Shown: positions 58,839-64,000 of the stretch, one piece after another
Position numbering within the stretch: the stretch's first letter is position 1
Layout of the letters: every line of letters begins with the position of its first letter
DNA from: Klebsiella sp. WP3-W18-ESBL-02
GTDB taxonomy: Bacteria > Pseudomonadota > Gammaproteobacteria > Enterobacterales > Enterobacteriaceae
Reading direction: 5' to 3'
NCBI RefSeq assembly: GCF_014168815.1
Contig: NZ_AP021972.1
Location: 4,756,375-4,820,374, forward strand
Length of the DNA stretch: 64,000 nucleotides
Translations under genes and position numbers: made by a program
Notes under the pieces: model-generated
What the model saw: only the letters and a program-made list of their open reading frames with translations
Told to the model about the DNA's origin: nothing
Database searches by the model: none

Positions 58839-60428
58839 ATGCAACAACGTCGTCCAGTCCGCCGCGCTCTGCTCAGTGTTTCTGACAAGGCCGGTATCAT
58901 CGAATTCGCCCAGGCACTTTCCGCACGTGGTGTGGAGCTGCTGTCTACAGGTGGCACTGCGCGCCTGTTAGCAGAGAAAGGTCTGCCGGTAACCGAAGTT
59001 TCCGATTACACCGGTTTCCCGGAAATGATGGATGGACGCGTGAAGACCCTGCATCCGAAGGTCCACGGTGGCATCCTCGGTCGTCGCGGCCAGGATGATG
59101 CCATTATGGAACAACACCACATTGCTCCTATCGATATGGTTGTCGTTAACCTGTATCCGTTCGCCGAGACCGTCGCACGCGAAGGCTGCTCGCTGGAAGA
59201 TGCAGTAGAGAACATCGATATCGGCGGCCCGACCATGGTGCGCTCCGCCGCGAAGAATCATAAAGATGTGGCTATCGTTGTGAAGAGCAGCGACTACGAC
59301 GCCATTATTAAAGAGATGGATGCCAACGACGGTTCTCTGACCCTCGACACCCGTTTCGATCTCGCGATTAAAGCCTTCGAACACACCGCCGCTTACGACA
59401 GCATGATTGCCAACTACTTCGGCAGCATGGTTCCGGCTTACCACGGCGAAAGCAAAGAGGCCGCCGGTCGCTTCCCACGTACGCTGAACCTGAACTTCAT
59501 TAAGAAGCAGGATATGCGCTACGGCGAGAACAGCCACCAGCAGGCTGCCTTCTATATAGAAGAGAATGTTAAAGAAGCCTCCGTTGCCACCGCGCAGCAG
59601 GTACAGGGCAAAGCACTTTCCTACAACAACATCGCTGATACCGATGCGGCGCTGGAGTGCGTGAAGGAATTCAACGAGCCAGCCTGTGTGATCGTTAAGC
59701 ACGCTAACCCGTGTGGCGTAGCAGTAAGTACCTCTATTCTCGACGCTTACGACCGTGCCTACAAAACCGACCCGACCTCCGCGTTCGGCGGCATCATCGC
59801 CTTTAACCGCGAGCTGGATGCTGAAACCGCGCAGGCGATTATCTCCCGCCAGTTCGTGGAAGTGATCATCGCGCCATCCGCCACCGAAGAAGCACTGAAC
59901 ATTACCGCTGCCAAGCAGAACGTTCGCGTGCTGGTCTGCGGCCAATGGGCGCAGCGCGTTCCGGGCCTGGACTTCAAGCGCGTGAACGGCGGCCTGCTGG
60001 TTCAGGACCGTGACCTGGGTATGGTGAGCGAAGCTGAACTGCGCGTAGTGACCAAACGCCAGCCGACCGAGCAGGAGCTGCGCGATGCGCTGTTCTGCTG
60101 GAAAGTGGCGAAGTTCGTGAAATCCAACGCCATCGTTTATGCCAAAGGCAATATGACCATCGGTATTGGCGCAGGCCAGATGAGCCGCGTTTACTCCGCG
60201 AAAATCGCCGGGATCAAAGCGGCCGACGAAGGCCTGGAAGTGAAAGGTTCTTCTATGGCTTCCGACGCTTTCTTCCCGTTCCGCGACGGGATTGATGCCG
60301 CTGCTGCCGCCGGTGTGACCTGCGTTATCCAGCCGGGTGGTTCTATTCGCGATGACGAAGTGATTGCCGCCGCCAATGAACACGGCATTGCGATGGTATT
60401 TACCGACATGCGCCACTTCCGCCATTAA
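58839..60428 (+). CDS. purH: Bifunctional AICAR transformylase / IMP cyclohydrolase
   Basis: [78 protein letters not shown]... (529 aa) matches PurH. Confidence 0.98.
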   Translation: MQQRRPVRRALLSVSDKAGIIEFAQALSARGVELLSTGGTARLLAEKGLPVTEVSDYTGFPEMMDGRVKTLHPKVHGGILGRRGQDDAIMEQHHIAPIDMVVVNLYPFAETVAREGCSLEDAVENIDIGGPTMVRSAAKNHKDVAIVVKSSDYDAIIKEMDANDGSLTLDTRFDLAIKAFEHTAAYDSMIANYFGSMVPAYHGESKEAAGRFPRTLNLNFIKKQDMRYGENSHQQAAFYIEENVKEASVATAQQVQGKALSYNNIADTDAALECVKEFNEPACVIVKHANPCGVAVSTSILDAYDRAYKTDPTSAFGGIIAFNRELDAETAQAIISRQFVEVIIAPSATEEALNITAAKQNVRVLVCGQWAQRVPGLDFKRVNGGLLVQDRDLGMVSEAELRVVTKRQPTEQELRDALFCWKVAKFVKSNAIVYAKGNMTIGIGAGQMSRVYSAKIAGIKAADEGLEVKGSSMASDAFFPFRDGIDAAAAAGVTCVIQPGGSIRDDEVIAAANEHGIAMVFTDMRHFRH

Positions 60429-60443
60429 TCCACGGAGCAGACG

Positions 60444-61733
60444 ATGAAAGTATTAGTGATTGGCAACGGCGGGCGCGAGCACGCCCTGGCGTGGAAAGCG
60501 GCGCAGTCGCCAAAAGTCAAAACGGTATTTGTCGCCCCGGGCAATGCGGGCACCGCGCTGGAACCCACGCTGCAAAACGTGGCCATCGGAGTAACCGATA
60601 TCCCGGCGCTGCTGGACTTTGCCCAGAACGAGAAGATCGATCTGACCATCGTTGGCCCGGAAGCGCCGCTGGTGATTGGCGTGGTTGATGCCTTCCGCGC
60701 CGCCGGTCTGAAAATCTTCGGCCCAACCGAAGGTGCCGCGCAGCTGGAAGGCTCCAAAGCCTTCACCAAAGATTTCCTCGCGCGCCACCAGATCCCAACG
60801 GCGGAGTACCAGAACTTCACCGAAATCGAACCTGCGCTGGCTTACCTGCGCGAGAAAGGCGCGCCGATCGTTATCAAAGCCGATGGTCTGGCTGCCGGGA
60901 AAGGCGTTATCGTGGCGATGACGCTGGAGGAAGCCGAAGCCGCGGTTCATGACATGCTGGCCGGCAACGCGTTTGGCGACGCGGGCCACCGCATCGTGAT
61001 TGAAGAGTTCCTCGACGGTGAAGAAGCGAGCTTTATTGTCATGGTCGACGGTGAGCACGTGCTGCCGATGGCCACCAGCCAGGACCACAAGCGCGTGGGC
61101 AATGGCGATACCGGCCCGAACACCGGTGGGATGGGTGCCTACTCCCCTGCTCCGGTAGTGACTGACGAAGTCCACCAGCGCACCATGGAACGCATCATCT
61201 GGCCAACGGTGAAAGGCATGGCGGCGGAAGGTAACACCTATACCGGTTTCCTGTACGCGGGCCTGATGATCGACAATCAGGGCAACCCGAAGGTTATCGA
61301 GTTTAACTGCCGCTTCGGCGATCCGGAAACCCAGCCGATCATGCTGCGCATGAAGTCCGATCTGGTGGAGCTGTGCCTCGCCGCCTGTGACGGCAAGCTG
61401 GATGAGAAAACCTCCGAGTGGGACGAACGCGCCTCGCTGGGCGTGGTCATTGCCGCCGGAGGTTATCCGGGTAATTACAATACCGGCGATGAGATCCACG
61501 GTCTGCCGCTGGAAGACGTCGCTGACGGTAAAGTGTTCCACGCGGGTACCAAACTGTCTGCTGACGATCGCGTGCTGACCAACGGCGGTCGCGTGCTGTG
61601 CGCCACCGCGCTGGGCAACACCGTGGCGGAAGCGCAGAAACGCGCCTACGCCCTGATGACCGACATCCGCTGGGACGGCAGCTTCAGCCGTAACGACATC
61701 GGCTGGCGCGCCATCGAACGTGAGCAAAACTAA
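60444..61733 (+). CDS. purD: Phosphoribosylamine-glycine ligase
   Basis: MKVLVIGNGGREHALAWKAAQSPKVKTVFVAPGNAGTALEP... (429 aa) matches PurD. Confidence 0.98.
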   Translation: MKVLVIGNGGREHALAWKAAQSPKVKTVFVAPGNAGTALEPTLQNVAIGVTDIPALLDFAQNEKIDLTIVGPEAPLVIGVVDAFRAAGLKIFGPTEGAAQLEGSKAFTKDFLARHQIPTAEYQNFTEIEPALAYLREKGAPIVIKADGLAAGKGVIVAMTLEEAEAAVHDMLAGNAFGDAGHRIVIEEFLDGEEASFIVMVDGEHVLPMATSQDHKRVGNGDTGPNTGGMGAYSPAPVVTDEVHQRTMERIIWPTVKGMAAEGNTYTGFLYAGLMIDNQGNPKVIEFNCRFGDPETQPIMLRMKSDLVELCLAACDGKLDEKTSEWDERASLGVVIAAGGYPGNYNTGDEIHGLPLEDVADGKVFHAGTKLSADDRVLTNGGRVLCATALGNTVAEAQKRAYALMTDIRWDGSFSRNDIGWRAIEREQN

Positions 61734-63058
61734 CGGCTGAGCTTAGCCAGCAGCGTTTTGCGCGTAATACCTAACTGACGGGCGGCTTCGGTTTTATTGC
61801 CGCCCGTTTTTTCCAGCGCCGCCAGAATCACCTCTTTTTCAACTTCCACCAGCGGCTGAATGACGTCATCAGCCGATGAGCATGCCGGAACCGGCGTCCC
61901 GACAATCGCCAGCGGCAGCTCGCGCTCAGAAATATACTCTCCCGTCAGCAGCACAACCGCCCGCTCCACCGCGTTTTCCAGCTCGCGGATATTTCCCGGC
62001 CAGTCATAGTGAATCAACAAATCCATCGCCTGCGGGGTAAAGCCCTGTACCGACTTACGGTTTCGTTCGCCGTAGCGCCGCAGAAAATGATGTGCCAGCT
62101 GAGGAATATCCTCACGGCGCTGGCGCAGCGGCGGCATCTCGATGGCGACCACGTTCAGGCGGTAGTAGAGATCTTGGCGAAAGCGCCCGGCATTCACCTC
62201 TTCAGCCAGGTCTCGATGGGTAGCGGCAATCAGCCGTACATCGACGGAAAGGGTCTGATTGCTGCCAACGCGCTGCACCTCACGCTCCTGGATAACCCGC
62301 AGCAGGCGCACCTGCATCAGCGGCGAAATATCGCCAATCTCATCAAGAAACAGCGTGCCACCGTCGGCTTCGACAAAACGCCCTTCCCGGCGTTTATCAG
62401 CGCCGGTAAATGCGCCCTTCTCGTGGCCAAACAGTTCCGATTCCAGCAGCGACTCATTGAGCGCCGCGCAGTTCAGCGTCACCAGCGGCTTATCGCCGCG
62501 CAGGCTGAGGGCATGCAGCGCGCGCGCCACCAGCTCTTTACCGGTGCCCGATTCGCCGTGAATGAGCACCGTCGCATCCGACGGCGCCACCAGCGCAATA
62601 TTGTGTAACAGCGCCCGCATGGCCGGGCTATCGCCCACCATGCCAGACTGCGGCGCAGATTCCACCGCCGCGCTTTCCGGCTGGCGTGTGTGTGCTAAAG
62701 CCGCTACCAGCGTCTGCTGCAGGCTATCGAAATCGAGCGGTTTCACCAGGTAATCCAGCGCACCGGACTTGAGCGCCTCAACCGCTGTCCCCACGCTAGA
62801 GTAGGCGGTCATGATCAGCACCGGAATCGACGGGTTGTAGGCTTTAATCTCTTTCAGCGTTTCAATGCCGTCCATTTCCGCCATGCGGATGTCGCAGAGC
62901 ACCAGATCGAACACCCGCTCGCGTACCTGTTCCAACGCCTGTCGCCCGTTATGGGCCAGCGACACTTCACATCCCCAGCCCCGCAGCAGCGCCTGTAAGA
63001 TTGTGCAGTGACTGGTGTCGTCATCGACCACCAGAATCGTCACATTCTCTGCCGTCAT
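61730..63058 (-). CDS. zraR: sigma54-dependent response regulator ZraR (HydG)
   Basis: The 442-aa product has a receiver domain, AAA+ region (GESGTGKE, GAFTGA) and C-terminal HTH, near-identical to E. coli ZraR. Its 3' end overlaps purD by 4 nt. Confidence 0.93.
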   Translation of the reverse strand: MTAENVTILVVDDDTSHCTILQALLRGWGCEVSLAHNGRQALEQVRERVFDLVLCDIRMAEMDGIETLKEIKAYNPSIPVLIMTAYSSVGTAVEALKSGALDYLVKPLDFDSLQQTLVAALAHTRQPESAAVESAPQSGMVGDSPAMRALLHNIALVAPSDATVLIHGESGTGKELVARALHALSLRGDKPLVTLNCAALNESLLESELFGHEKGAFTGADKRREGRFVEADGGTLFLDEIGDISPLMQVRLLRVIQEREVQRVGSNQTLSVDVRLIAATHRDLAEEVNAGRFRQDLYYRLNVVAIEMPPLRQRREDIPQLAHHFLRRYGERNRKSVQGFTPQAMDLLIHYDWPGNIRELENAVERAVVLLTGEYISERELPLAIVGTPVPACSSADDVIQPLVEVEKEVILAALEKTGGNKTEAARQLGITRKTLLAKLSR

Positions 63059-64000
63059 CCTTGTTCATCCTTTTGTTGCCCGTTGGCCGGCAGGTAGAGG
63101 GTAAACGTTGCGCCCTTGCCTGGCGCGCTCGTCACCTGAATCGTTCCGCCGTGTTGCTCAACAATATTCTGTACCACCGCCAGCCCGAGCCCGGTACCGT
63201 CGGCTTTGGTCGTGAAGTATGGCGTGAAAATGGCCTGTTTTTGTTCTTCCGTCATCCCTTTGCCGCTGTCCGTGACGCTCAACATCACCCGCCCGTCGCC
63301 CGCCTCGCTGAGCGCTACCGTAATCGAGCCATCGCGGCCAATGGACTGAATGGCGTTAAGATAAAGGTTCAGCAGCACCTGGTTGAGCCTGTCCGGGTCG
63401 GCCTGAATACGGCACAAGCCAGGTTGAGCGCTAAAATTCAGCGTTACCGCCCGGCTTAGCGCATCCTGGCTGACCAGCTGAAGCGAATGGGCAACCACTT
63501 CATTTAAATCCACTGACTGCCATTTTAAATGTGCAGGCTTCACCAGCTCCAGCAGCTCGCTCACCACCCGATTCAGGCGATCGGCCTCTTTCGCCATCAC
63601 CTGCGCCAGCTCGTGCGACTCGCCGCCTGCCGGGGTTCGCTCGGCAAAATACTTCGCTAACCCTTTAATGGATGAAAGCGGGTTACGAATTTCATGCGCG
63701 ACCCCGGCCGCCAGATGCCCCAGCGCCACCAGCTTTTCTCGACGGTGGGTGGCGTCCTGTAGCAGCCGCTGCGAACGCTGATAACGACGAAACCAGAAGC
63801 GGGCAAGAAGCGTCGCCAGCATCACCAGCGCGGCGGCGCACAGCATCACGACCATATTACGCAGCCCGCGCGCGCGCTCGGCGTCGAGCTCGCGGGCATC
63901 AAAAGCGATAAAAATAATCTGCGGCACTTCGGCCGACTCCCGGCGCGTCATCATGCGCATATGATGGCCACGGGCCGGATCGAGCGGGCGAAACTGGCGA
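63055..64000 (-). CDS. zraS: Sensor histidine kinase ZraS, 3' part; the 5' end lies beyond the window
   Basis: The product has an H-box ...AAGVAHEIRNPLSSIKG... and an ATPase domain ...DSGKGMTEEQKQAIFTPYFTTKADGTGLGLAVV.... The reading frame stays open upstream of the M at 63960 to the window edge. It overlaps zraR by 4 nt. Confidence 0.88.
   Translation of the reverse strand, partial: RQFRPLDPARGHHMRMMTRRESAEVPQIIFIAFDARELDAERARGLRNMVVMLCAAALVMLATLLARFWFRRYQRSQRLLQDATHRREKLVALGHLAAGVAHEIRNPLSSIKGLAKYFAERTPAGGESHELAQVMAKEADRLNRVVSELLELVKPAHLKWQSVDLNEVVAHSLQLVSQDALSRAVTLNFSAQPGLCRIQADPDRLNQVLLNLYLNAIQSIGRDGSITVALSEAGDGRVMLSVTDSGKGMTEEQKQAIFTPYFTTKADGTGLGLAVVQNIVEQHGGTIQVTSAPGKGATFTLYLPANGQQKDEQG

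Noticed and set aside
58968-60425. A 485-aa ORF antisense to purH
   Set aside because: It is a mirror ORF in a GC-rich, highly conserved gene with no start context, and purH on the plus strand is unambiguous. The same applies to antisense ORFs at 60453-61727 (purD), 41783-43282 (metH), 27117-28673 (pgi), 23195-24580 (yjbH), 18882-19838 (malF), 9621-10316 and 10554-11306 (plsB), 15450-16226 (malK), 50401-50910 (aceB) and 62009-62608 (zraR).

Overview
This window is an enterobacterial chromosomal segment that is not E. coli K-12: the 16S V1/V3 signatures look Citrobacter/Klebsiella-like, and there are no 23S intervening sequences. Gene order is colinear with the E. coli K-12 4.16-4.26 Mb region but the whole segment is inverted. 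Left to right it carries dnaB (5' part, minus strand), qor, pspG, dusA, zur, yjbJ, dinF-lexA, dgkA/plsB, ubiCA, malM-lamB-malK / malEFG, psiE, yjbEFGH, pgi, lysC with its lysine riboswitch, yjbD, rluF, pepE, yjbB, metH, iclR, aceKAB, metA, yjaB, the rrnB operon (5S, 23S, tRNA-Glu, 16S) on the minus strand, purHD, and zraR/zraS (partial). Relative to K-12, xylE, arpA, yjbI and yjbLM are absent, and there are several lineage-specific inserts. These are a TraF-like outer-membrane barrel plus a cupin gene next to zur, a YhaM-family gene next to psiE, and a SorC regulator plus a shikimate-dehydrogenase-like gene between rluF and pepE. The fourth insert is a block between lysC and yjbD encoding an RtcR-like CARF/sigma54 activator, a divergent sigma54-driven operon (SPFH/band-7 protein plus a Pol-beta-superfamily nucleotidyltransferase), and a PanS-like BASS transporter. 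That last block is the most interesting candidate for an uncharacterised system: it has the architecture of an RNA-damage-sensing Rtc module but lacks RtcB, RtcA and Rsr, and its leader contains a tRNA-like minihelix. At least ten REP/BIME elements are present; one supplies the last ~21 codons and the stop codon of aceK. No CRISPR arrays, integrases, transposases or prophage genes were seen. All coordinates come from reading the sequence and ORF track by eye; similarities are recalled from memory, not database hits.
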